Shown here one piece after another: positions 12,637 to 23,652 of a DNA stretch of 64,000 nucleotides. The DNA comes from Gonapodya sp. JEL0774. Its lineage: Eukaryota. Within the stretch, counting starts at the first letter, position 1; the number at the start of each line of letters is the position of its first letter. The notes beneath the pieces were generated by a model. That model searched no databases, was not told the origin of the DNA, and saw only the letters and a list, made by a program, of their open reading frames with translations. The position numbers and the translations under genes were made by a program. The stretch spans positions 1 through 64,000 of the forward strand of contig JADIIX010000125.1 in the NCBI GenBank assembly GCA_027604505.1, given 5' to 3'.

Positions 12637-13276
12637 TTATCCGAAACTTGATTGTGGGCAAACATCACCACCACTTAGCCCATACAAAAACTTTCCAAAT
12701 CCTTGAGTAATCTCGTGATGCCAGTGATATATGAACTTTCGGTTGTAATCCGGCATGGCCTCCCACGTCTCGGTCTCCACGTACAGCACCTCGGTCGTTT
12801 GCTGTTTTCCATTTTGGGTCACTTTGATTGTGAACTCCACACCAAGAATCATATCATCAACCTCGAAGATGTTATTGATGCTTAGTCCTAACTTCTCACT
12901 TCTCGTGAGTTTCCCGGTGACGGAGTTGATGAAACAACCAGACACCGCATTGTTGTACCAGGACGGAGTGCAACCTGGGTTTGTGTACCGAACATACGCC
13001 AATGAAGGGGTTGTTTCACTGGAAGCCGTGGGGTCAATTGTTAAACATCAACAGACGTGACCGTCAAGAGCACGGATGGTGTACAACATACAGGCTATTG
13101 AGGTAATACTGAATGTTGACCCTCATATCTCCTGGGCATGCTTTGAGCCAGACCGCACTTTGCAACAGGAGATCAGTTCGATCAGCCGAGGAGGGGACAG
13201 GAGTAATGCCGACGAAGGCGACACATGCGAGCAGAACCACGAGCGGCCAGGCTGAAGAAGAGTGGTTGCGGGGCAT
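12637..13276 (-). CDS. Small secreted orphan protein (~188 aa, 2 exons)
   Basis: Signal peptide (AWPLVVLLACVAFVGI). The intron 13019-13091 (GTATGT...TTCCAG) restores the frame into ORF 12637-13002. The predicted mature region has four Cys. Confidence 0.75.
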
Positions 13277-16082
13277 TGCTATTGCACTGTTACGTGCGGG
13301 AAGACAAAGTTGTTGGAGTACGGGGTGGGAGCCATTTCTGGGTTGATCCTACGCACCTTCGCCCGTGGAGGGCACTTTGTAGAGTGGAGCAACGTGCAAC
13401 CAACGGATATCAGTCGGATTGTCCGGTTTCGAGAGTGCGAACGACGTTCAGATAAGCTTGATCTACATCGGATATATATATACGCTGCTTCTGCCTATCA
13501 GATATATCCTACATAATATATTGACCGTGAACTTCCGGGCAAGTTGAAATCATCACATGTTCATGATATGAACATCCATTAAATTTAGTCATGCAAAATG
13601 TACATATACCATATTCTAGTAGCGAAACCTATAATTCATCTGTGAGTAAGCGAGGTGAACAAAGGTGTCGATTCCGCATATTCAGTCTCCCTTGCCCAGC
13701 TCCACACTTTACACGAGTAAACACGATGGTGTGTATAGATACCAGATAACTGTACTTGATATGGATCCATGACATGGCTTTGAATTGCGGGTGGTTTATC
13801 CTGTATATATACATTCGTGTTTGTTTTGTGTGTGCTCACTATGACGTTAGAGAGTTTGGCCAAAGCCACTTGTCACGGACAAACTCAATAGTGGCTGCAA
13901 AATTCTTAACTGGCACTTGGCGACGATACTGGACGGGAATGACCACCCGGACTGCATGACTTGCAATCCACACTAGTATACTGTTGTTTAGCGGCGGCCT
14001 GGACTGCTTTCCCTGGGGTACTTCGAACCGATTCTATCAACATAGAGCGAATGCATGGCAACATATGCACTCTGAAGGCTGCTAACACAACGTTACAATA
14101 ACATATAATTGGATGTCGGAGATCGAGGATCTGTTGTGGAAGGTAGGAACTCTCTGTTGTCACTGATTCGGCCTTCTCTCTGTTGACTGCTCAGGCCACC
14201 ATGTTGGAACGGTCAGAGTTTGGAGCTTTATTGAATCTAATTTTCTGGGATTGAAAATGAAGGAACTGGGATTACCGGAAAAACTGCTACATGTGCGCAT
14301 CATGTGTTCCCGATGTTCTGGACTGCTGGCGACTGATAATAATATCTTCACCACTCTCCTCGGCCTGTACGGAACATCTCAAGTACCTTGTATGAGTCAT
14401 CCCAATTAAATACTCAAATTTAGAGAAGAACAGCACCATAATCTTGGCCCCTACGTTTCTTTAGAGTTGGATCGATCTCTCCGACTATGTGAGAACCCCC
14501 ATTTCTGTGCAGATATTGGGTCGAATCCCCAGCCTGTCTCATTTGTGGAAATGATACACGTTCCATCTCTCTCTATTTTTGTCTTGTGTCGACTGTCGCG
14601 TGGGGTTACGTTGGCCTGATTTTGTCCTGATATCTGAACCGACCAGCTCTGTAGCAAACAATGAACGAAGGCAGTGCACACGCTCTCCGTCGTTTACGGT
14701 CTCGTCCGACAGGGGTCCATCACGTGATTGTGTCGGAAGGGAGTGTGCCCCCACTAACATCCGCCTCAACACCAAAACAAAATGGCGAAATGGACACAGA
14801 TTCGTACGTAAATTTCAAATCGGTGAACAGTAACTGACGTACGATATTATTGGCGTATTAATGGTAACGTTCAATGGTTGGCGCCCTGGTGGGAAGGGGA
14901 GTTTGGCGGCATTTTCGAGGGGACACAACCTCGACTGCAGTGGGAAGTACAGGGTTGAAAAGGTGGCCGAACATTGCGAGGTTTCCGATGCATCCGACAG
15001 CGGGAGGAGCGACTCGCCTCTGCCGGTCGGGGCGATCGGGGTCCAACCGTATTTCGGTGGGACTGTCCATACATACGCGTCCCCTCCCCCTCCCCACACA
15101 TCTCCTTGCCACTGTGTCCCATTTGCGGACCATGTTTCTCGATACCTCATTCAAACTTTCCAGAGCATTCTACCGCCTTCTTCCATCCGGCCGCCCGACC
15201 CGGGAGGATGGGTTCAGGCGGGTGGTAAGGGCGGGCACTGCATGCCACCGCTGTGGGAGGAGGAGCACCGGCACCGCACGACCATCGCACCGGTGCTGTT
15301 CCCCCGCACGCGGTCACTCTGTTTCCTTTCTCGATGTAATGAGACTGTGACTGGGTTTTGCCCGATGTGATGTGCAGTGTACGGTGATTCTCCGGAACCG
15401 TGACTCACGCAGGAGGTTCAACAGGGAAGGGTCTGTGCCACCTTATGGGGAGCGTCCCCTCCTTAAGAAATACCAAAGAAACTTTCAACACGAGACTCTT
15501 GTCGCGATTGCAAATTCCAGAGATTCGAAAAGACAAAGGACATTGAATGTGAGCCCGCATGAGCGGCATTGCAGGGGGCGCGGGGAACGGGATTGTGTGG
15601 GCATGACGGCGTTCCACGGGTGAAGACGGGGAGCGTTCCCATCTCCATCCCCACCACACCATCCGGTCCGATTCGGGACGATGGGTGGCCATCGGGAGCC
15701 ATTCTGGACTCTTCTCGGGTGATACGGGGAGGGCGTTACGTGGGGCAGGAAGAGCCGGTGGGACGAACGACAGACATCGGACGGATTCACGGCCGGGTCG
15801 TGACGGGATGATGGGACGGGCTCGGACGGGGACTAGGAGATGGAATGTGACAGTGAAGACGGTTGTTTAGAGATCGCGAGAAGAGGTTTGGAGATTCCGG
15901 GCGTGGGGAATGTGGAGTTTTGGTGTTGAGAGATTGGTTGGTTGGACTGGAAGACACCGGACACCAAGTGGAGCGCAAACACAAACGCAGGAGGAAATAA
16001 AAATTTTCTAGGCGGAAAAACGCGATGTGGGAATTGAGAATCATTTGGTTGCGCAATTTTATTTGGACCCGGGTGTGTACAA

Positions 16083-16303
16083 ATGTATTGGTGCGGGTGA
16101 CGTCTCCACCAACCAGCTCAGAACCAGCTCAGCACCACCATATGCAAACTCACCATTTTCCTTCCCCATCAAACACCAGAAAAACACCAACCACCACACT
16201 TACTCACCTTAACTTGTCTTCTCCACCACCATGTCCCGTCCCCGTCTCCCCCGGCCCGCCCATCACCAACCACCACCGCCGCCACCTCCACGCACGCTTT
16301 TGA
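16083..16303 (+). promoter_or_regulatory. Candidate uORFs: 16083-16100 (MYWCG*) and 16142-16303, the latter overlapping the bZIP start out of frame
   Basis: ATGTATTGGTGCGGGTGA lies at 16083. The ATG at 16142 opens a frame that ends at 16303, past the main ATG at 16231. The transcription start is unknown. Confidence 0.4.
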
Positions 16304-19300
16304 CAACCACCGCCACAACCACACCGACACCGACACCACCAACACCGCACCTATCGTCGTCATTTGCCGCGATCGATATTGGAAACGGGAACGGGAACGG
16401 GAACGGCTACGGGAGTGTGATGACCAGGGTGAACGGATCCGGAAACGGACACCTGACGAACGGGCACTCACGGAAAAACAGCACCGGCAACGGCACCGGC
16501 ACCAGCCCCGGCATCGACTTGTCCAGCCCGCTCGCCCACTCCCTCCACGACACCATCACCGTTGGCACGTCCCCACTCCACGCACCCCCACATACCGGTC
16601 CCGGTCCCGGTCCCGGTCCTGCCGCCACCCCGACCACCACCTCTGTTCCACACATGCGACCGACACCAAACACGACCAGCCATCCTCTTCCCGCCGGCAT
16701 GGCCACTGCTTACTCGTCCTCATCTTCACCAACCCCCACCCTGTCTCTGTCGCCCACCAGCCCCGCTGTGCTCGCCGTGCCCACCTTGCCCGCGACTCTC
16801 AACTCTTTACCCCCACTCGACCCGGTCTCGCTCGCCTCATGGTACGCTATGCTGGCCCACTACCAGAACCGCCACCATCACGGCATCGCGCACGGAGGAC
16901 CTCAACCTGGGTTTCCCAACCTCAGCCTGGACCAACTCGTCGCGCCGCCGTTTCAACATCACCACGGCGCCGGCAACGGCAACGGTAACGGCACGCCACA
17001 GAACCCCCAAACTCGCAGCACCGCCGGGGGGCTCGTTGCGCCCGCACCCGTACCTCCACAACCTCCACCTCCACCCCAACACCACACCCAACCCCGCCCC
17101 ACAAAACGTCTACGCACTCGACAATCCCTCCCCCGGTCGTTGTCGTCGTCATCTTCCGCCACCGCCGCCGCCGCCGTCACCGTCACCGCCACTGAAACGG
17201 CCACGTCCACGTCGCCTCCGGCAACGGCGTCCTCGTCCTCGTCTGCACCGACACCGGTACCCGCGCACTCGTTCACGTCCATGTCTTCGGTGCCGCTCCC
17301 CGTCTCGAAGGTGACAGCGATTGCACACGACCAGTTAGGGGCCAACACCGACCCCAACCCACAACCCCCCGCCGGCACGCTCACCGCGCTGGGGATAAGG
17401 GTGCCGGGGGATTTGGGAGCGGGCGTAAACGGGGGGAGAAGACGGAGTGGCGGTGTTGGTGGTGATTCGTCCTTAGTGAGTTTTTGTCGATTTTCTCTCC
17501 CCATTTTGTACGTTCCTGTTTTTGGATCTTGTTTTCGTGTCGGTGTTCTGTTTTTCTTTTGGGGGTGCGATTGTGCGTTGTGGGACTGGTGGGCTTTTGG
17601 GTTTCGGTGTGCTCCAGGGGGCACAGGGCAAACAGACAAGGGGGAAAGTCCCACGCATGCTGCAAGAGTCACCCGAGCGAGGGGCGGACCGGAATTGGCC
17701 ACAAGGCAGAGGGAGAGGAAGAAGACGCACGAGAGGGAACGAAAAGACTGGGTGGGGTGCCACGGTGTCCAAGGAGGGTCAGTGTGAGCCCCGTAACACC
17801 ACTGCACTGCAACTGCCCCGTGGTCCGTGAGCTATAGGCAGTGGTGAGAGAGGGCCAAAAGGGAGATTTGATTGCGGTGTCGATGTGCCTAGGGTTTGCT
17901 CAACAACTGTCATTCGATTTGTTGTTTCCCTTGTATCTCACCCACCGCACCACATCGTACGGCACGCACGTGGTCACTTGGCCACCTGGTTGTCGGTCCC
18001 GTCCCTTTCCTCGGGCCTCTCCAGCCTCCCCCATCCGCGCCGTCCGCCCAGAAGTACAGTCTCGGCCACATCGGGACTCTGTCCGAGTCTCAGACTGCAT
18101 CACCATCGGAGAGCCAGTCGCAGTGGCAGTCCCCTGCGCGATCGGAGTGGATGTACAGAGGGTACCCTGCGTATCCGTCAATGGATGGAGTTGGTGCTGG
18201 ACTGGACGCTGGGATGGAGGGTAGGCAGGGTGGTGGGGAAAGGGAGGCGGAGGAAGGGGTGGATGAAAGGAAAGGGGAAGTAGAGGCAGTAGGGATGGAT
18301 GAGATGGATGTCGATGGAGAAGGAGAAGAAGGGACTGAGCGAGGACGGGGGCGGGGACGAGGGCGGGTTGGTGGAAGGGTGAAGGTCGGTGGAAGAGGCG
18401 GCGGAAAGAAGCGAGTCGCGATGAAAGTGGAGAAGGACATGAGCGAGGTGGTGAGCGACGATATGAGCGATCAAGGGGACGGGGACGGATCGAAAGAAGA
18501 GTCTGAGTGGGAAGAAAGGGGCGGAGAGGAGTTTGGGTCCGAGATTGGCGATGAGGAGCGGGCTGGGAGGGGAGTGAGGGGAGTGCGGGCGAGAGTGAGA
18601 GGGACTGGAGGTCGAGGGCGAGTGCGGGGTGGAGGAGTGGAGGGCCAAAGGTATGCAAGGAATACAGGAGGCAGGGACGCAGGGAGTGTAGGAGGCAGTG
18701 GAAGTGGCGGAGTGAGCAGCGGGGGCGGGGAGAGTGGCGGGGATGTTGAGGGAGAGGGCGATGTGGCGCGTGAGTGGGATTCCACACGGATGACGGCAGA
18801 GGAGCGGCGAGACACCAAGAGAATCAAGAACAGTGAGTGTGTGCGCAGACTGATGCAGTCGAGATGGAGTGACGCAGATATTGAATGACTGTCCCTGCAG
18901 CTGAGGCCGCCCGTCGATCCCGGCAACGCAAGCAACTGCGACTCGACTCGCTCTCCTCCCGTGTGGCTGATCTCGAGAGAATAAACAGAAATCTCTCAAT
19001 CAGAAACTCTCAGCTCCTCAACTTACACAATCAATGGGTGCAGAGGGAACAAGATCTCTCTGAAACAGTTGCCGAGTTGACCAGGCAGGTGAGTTCCCAA
19101 CGAGCGATATGCGAGTGAGACGAAAAATCGAGGGCCGACGAGTGTCGGCTGGCCCGATTTAGAGCGAGTGAGGGTCAGAGGCAGAGTGAGTGGAGCCCGG
19201 ACGGGAGTGGTGCGAACCAGACCCTCTGACACGAAGGAGAGCGATCGTCTATGGTACCCGGAACCTCAAAGCAATTGATCCTTTTCTGGACGTGAGAGCA

Positions 19301-21754
19301 GGAGCAAAGCAAGTGAGATGAGTGGAGTTATTGAGATGAGACTGAGTAGAGTGGAGGACTGGCGGTTGGATTGGAGGGCCCAGAACGGAACGGGCGAGCA
19401 CTGAACGTAGGGTCTGGTGGTGGTGGGCGCTTTGGAATCAATCAAGAGAACGCGACGGGTGTTGGTGAAGACAGGAGGGGGTGGTGGGGGCAAGAGTTAA
19501 GCGCATCGTTCCTGCTACCTGCAGACTCGGATATTTCACTCGGATATGAAATATCCATTGATACTCACCACTGCTCCCTTCTCCCGCCCACCCCAAGCTC
19601 CTCCTCACATCATCATCCACCCTCCCCTTTCCCTTACCTCCTTACCCAACTCCCTCCCTCTCCCCACCCACATCCACGTCGGCTTCCGCCATCACCGGGA
19701 CTCCCACTCCGCCAACAGTCACCTCGAATGGATCGACGGGATCGACAGTTTCGGCATCCCTCCCAGCTCATCTCGACATCGATCTCCCAGGGTCTGGTGA
19801 TGGATCGACCTCGACATCGGTTTTGCGCTCGGCACTCAGTTCCGGTTCCAGTTCCGCCCCCGCTCACCTACACCTCGCAATCCCACTCCACTGGTCTTCC
19901 ACAAACACACCGGCACCTGCACCTGCACCTAACCCACCACCACCAACAGCATTGCAGAGGCAAAGGCAGAGGACAGCAAATCCAGCTTCAGCATCCCTCC
20001 CTCCCCCTGCCCCGCCTTCGGCGTCCGCGTCAGGGTCTGCTCTGTCGTCTGGTCCCGGTCCCGGCTCACCTCCCCAGCGGAGGGGGTCGGCGGGGTGGAC
20101 GGGGACCGCAGGCGGAGGTGGAGGGACGGTGGGAACTGGTGCGGGGCCAGCCGGGACGCGCAGCGGATCGGCCCCCTCCGCCTCTCCCTCTGCCTTTGCC
20201 TCCACCTTAACCTCCTCGTCCACCATCCTCCCGGCCACCCCCACACAGGCCACACACCCCGCCACCGACCCGCAACCTGTCCTCTCTAATTTTCACTTCC
20301 CATGGCTCCCCGTCGCGGGCGGCGCGGCTGGGGCGGGATCGGAGGCGGGGGAGGCGGGTCGTGAGGTCAACTCCCATTCCCATTCCCAGTCCCAGTCGCA
20401 CCCGCAAACGCACCCGTTCCCCTTCCCTCTTCCATACGAATCAATAAACCCTTTGGAGGCCTTAGTGGTGCCGGCCGCAGGACCGGGCCAGGAGTTCGGG
20501 TTCGAGTTCGGGGGAGACGGGTTCGGTTCCGGACGTGTTCAGGGGCAAGAGGGGTCGCGGACCGGTGGGGGTTTCGGCGGTACTGGCCGTCCCATGTCCA
20601 CGTCCACGTCCACGTCGTCGACTCGCACTCGACCGCCAGTCCCGCCTCGCGCTCGCCGTCCATCCTCGGTTACACTGTCCCACGACCTCGAGTTCGCCCA
20701 CCTTAATACTTTGGGGAATCTCGCCGGCTCGGTCACCAAGTCTACATCCGCGTCGTATTCTCCGTCGACGATGTCCCCAAACCACCCTTGGCCCTCTACA
20801 TCGCTCCCCAACCCACCGTCCCGGTACTCCTTCGCATCCCTCGTACCACCACCACCACCGGCACCCCACCTTCACCACGCGTCCATCCCACCCACACCGT
20901 CCGGGGAGTTCCCATTTCCTATCCAATTACCATTCCCCTTCTACTCCCGCTCCGTCTCGCCCGCGCCACTGCCTCCAGACACATTCACATCGACCTCACC
21001 CAGCCTGTACGACCCGTCTTACCCGCTGATGCAAGATGGTGACCCGTCCTCAAACTCGAACTCCTTCCCACCCGCTGTGTCTACATCCACACAATCACCG
21101 TCACCGTCGCCGTCGACATACACAAACCAGTACTCGTACCCGAACCCGTCGCCAGACGTCCCGGTGGTCCAGCACACCGAGAGGACGGCGCAGAGGGTTG
21201 CAGCTTATTCACGCGCTGGATCGGGATCGGGACAGGCACAGTACCCCTGGCCTCTGCTCCCCTCTGACACGTCCCTGTCATACCCGTTCCCGCCCACCCC
21301 ACCCGTCCCAGCCGCCCACCTGACAGCCCACCAGGCCCACCAACTGGCCCTCCTCCGCCTCAAGCTCCACGCGCAGGCGACGGCCGCGGCGGCAGCTGTG
21401 GCGGTGGCGAATCTGGCGTCTGCGGCGGTGGTTGGAGCGGCGCAGCAGGGCGGTGGTAGCGGACAGACGGTAGCACCCGCACATCATGCCCGCACTGGTA
21501 CACAGGTCTCCTCCACTGTACGCGCGATACGGAAACCGGGCGTGGATCCCATGCTTGGCGGAGATGGGGGTCTCAATGGGCTCGGGTTTCCGTTTCCCGG
21601 GTTTGGCGCCGGGGCTGCAAGAGGCAGTGAGATGGCTGGATACGGTGATGGCGACGATGGTGTTGGAGGACTGTCAATGGGGGGTATGGTGGATTCGCCG
21701 GAGTCGGATGGGTCGGAGGAAAGGGAGATGGAGCAGGATGAGGGAGCAGGATGA
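16231..21754 (+). CDS. GCN4/CpcA-type bZIP transcription factor with long low-complexity regions (~1465 aa)
   Basis: Exons 16231-17475, 18025-18832, 18901-19088 and 19598-21754. The splice creates KRIKNTEAARRSRQRKQLRLDSLSSRVADLERINRNL, matching the GCN4 basic region NTEAARRSRARK plus a leucine zipper. Confidence 0.85.
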
Positions 21755-21773
21755 GGGAGCAGGATGAGGGAGC
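21729..21773 (+). repeat. 13-bp tandem repeat (GGAGCAGGATGAG) x~3.4 spanning the bZIP stop codon
   Basis: Read directly from the sequence. Confidence 0.9.
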
Positions 21774-23652
21774 AATGGGTTAGTGGTGCTTAGCGGTTTG
21801 TATGTCCGGAATCGGGTTCAATGGTTGAGCGGAGATCGCCGTCAGGTCGGCGGAGGATGAAACGCAGATGTGATGGCGCTTGCATCGTGCACAATCTCGA
21901 GCAGAGAAGAAAATTTGTGGACACGTAAGTGGGCAGGTTTACCACTTTACGATGTTCCTCCTCCCTCGTGTCGGACCACGTGGACCGTGCTCGGCATCGA
22001 GGACTCACTTCGATGGAAACTACCACGCCATTTCGTATACACTCTAGACCGTTCTGTTTAAAGTTTGTTTGCTCCTCCGGGTTTCAGATTCGAGGTGTTT
22101 CATTTTGTATAGTGTCGCTTTTTGTATGGATTGCATGGACATTATTCTTTCTTTCTTGTTGCACGAAAATGATTCCCTCACGACGTGGCGTTGGCAATGT
22201 CAGCGAGCAAGGTGGTCAATACCGTTTGTCGATGAGCACGTTGGCGGACTTGAGTAGGTTTTGTACGGATGTGAGGTCCACAGGTTTGGTGGCAACGACT
22301 GGAGAGCCACCTAGAATTGAGAGGTTGGAGATTCAGGCGCTTTGGCAGAAACAGACCGCATGCAAACACTGTGACTGCTTTTGAATAAACGCTCTCCGCA
22401 GTTGTTCGAAGGGAAACCACGCTGATATATACTTGATCCACTTGAAATTCGCGAGCAGATATTTTTCTGTGACAACCTAAACCTGAGGTGGCGATAAAAA
22501 CCATCTACAACCTCCAGAACCACTATCTGAATTGCTTCTTTGGATATCCCCCGACTCACCATCACGAGCCCATTCGTCACGTCTACAGCAATTTCATTTG
22601 GAGCGTTCCGTGCCCGTCCAAACACAAGGTTAATGCGAGTCGTAGTCCTTCCGTTTTTGGTGCGTGGTGCAGTTCTCTCGCTCCAGTTCCCGCACGTATG
22701 GAGAAGTGGTAAAGTCCACGTTCGGAGCATGGTGGATTTGTTCCCGCAGGCCGAGACGCTGGTGACAAAGCCCGGGGTTGAGTATTCGTTGCCCGCTCCC
22801 CATCGTGAAAATTCATGGTGAAACTGGCATCGTCCGACTACTCGTCCCATCAAATACGCTGGATCTCAAAGTGGCTGGCGCTCTTAGGGAATAGATTGAC
22901 GCTCGGTCGAGTCCCTATCGAGAGGAGAGTAGGCAAGGTGAAGCAGACCTCATACTTGATTAATTAATCAATCACCACCTACAGAGGCCATCTGTCAAAT
23001 TCATCAACAAATAGGTGACCACTTTGCAGCTCTTCAGGTATTCGATTTTCCATCCCATTGATGCACCCGATCAAGAAGAGGAACTGGAACCACTCACTCG
23101 AAATGAAACTCCAGACCAGGGGACCAAAACCACCTCGGAGACTCACGCGGCTGAACTTTATCGTTGAAGTAGTCCTTTGACGGAACGTAGACTCTCACGC
23201 TGCAGACGGGTCTGGCGAGAGAAGGGGCAAGGACGGTATCACTCTTGCCATCTCGAGTGCAACTGGGGCCCAAGGCCAGGATTGCAAACAGAATGAAGAT
23301 CGTCAGAGAACAGTCGTTGACCGGTACTTCAGGTGCAAATATCCCTTCCATTCAAAAATAAAAAATGGCTAGACGCAATTTTGCGTTTGCTAGAAGAGTT
23401 TTAATTTGTTTAGGGCAAAAGAATAGCGATGAAAGTCGAAAATGCCTCGGTCCCCATTTCAACAAAGCTATGGGCTCTTTGGAGAGGTGAATTCACAGTG
23501 GTGTTGCCTCACGAGGTCGGAGTATTGATCTCAGGTGGTGGGATCATGCAAGCTAATTCGATCACGGTACTATTGATGCCCCTTCCCGTCGATCAACCGC
23601 AAAAAGAGCTGTTTAGCTTCCGGAAAAGCTGCATCAGCACGTGTTTCTATGT

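Larger units (their letters stand above)
10830..14232. repeat. Degenerate head-to-tail tandem duplication (units ~10830-12542 and ~12543-14232)
   Basis: AGTTTGATAGAGAGTGCAGGTACA occurs at ~10830 and ~12543. ATATTCTAGTAGCGAAACCTA occurs at ~10971 and ~13611. A ~300-380 bp block at 12249-12540 matches 13856-14232. Confidence 0.85.

Noticed and set aside
13557..13619. Small hairpin (ATGTTCAT-GAT-ATGAACAT) and a later CTAG, suggesting a Helitron 3' end
   Set aside because: The hairpin is AT-rich and ~40 nt from CTAG, too far for the usual arrangement, and there is no Rep/helicase.
14800..15900. Many overlapping ORFs on both strands
   Set aside because: Expected from high GC content; no motifs or splice support.
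17900..21500. Long antisense and alternate-frame ORFs over the bZIP gene
   Set aside because: Shadow ORFs of GC-rich low-complexity coding sequence.
22178..23351. Minus-strand ORFs that may be a separate gene or the tail of the coiled-coil gene
   Set aside because: I could not join them into a stop-free spliced model.
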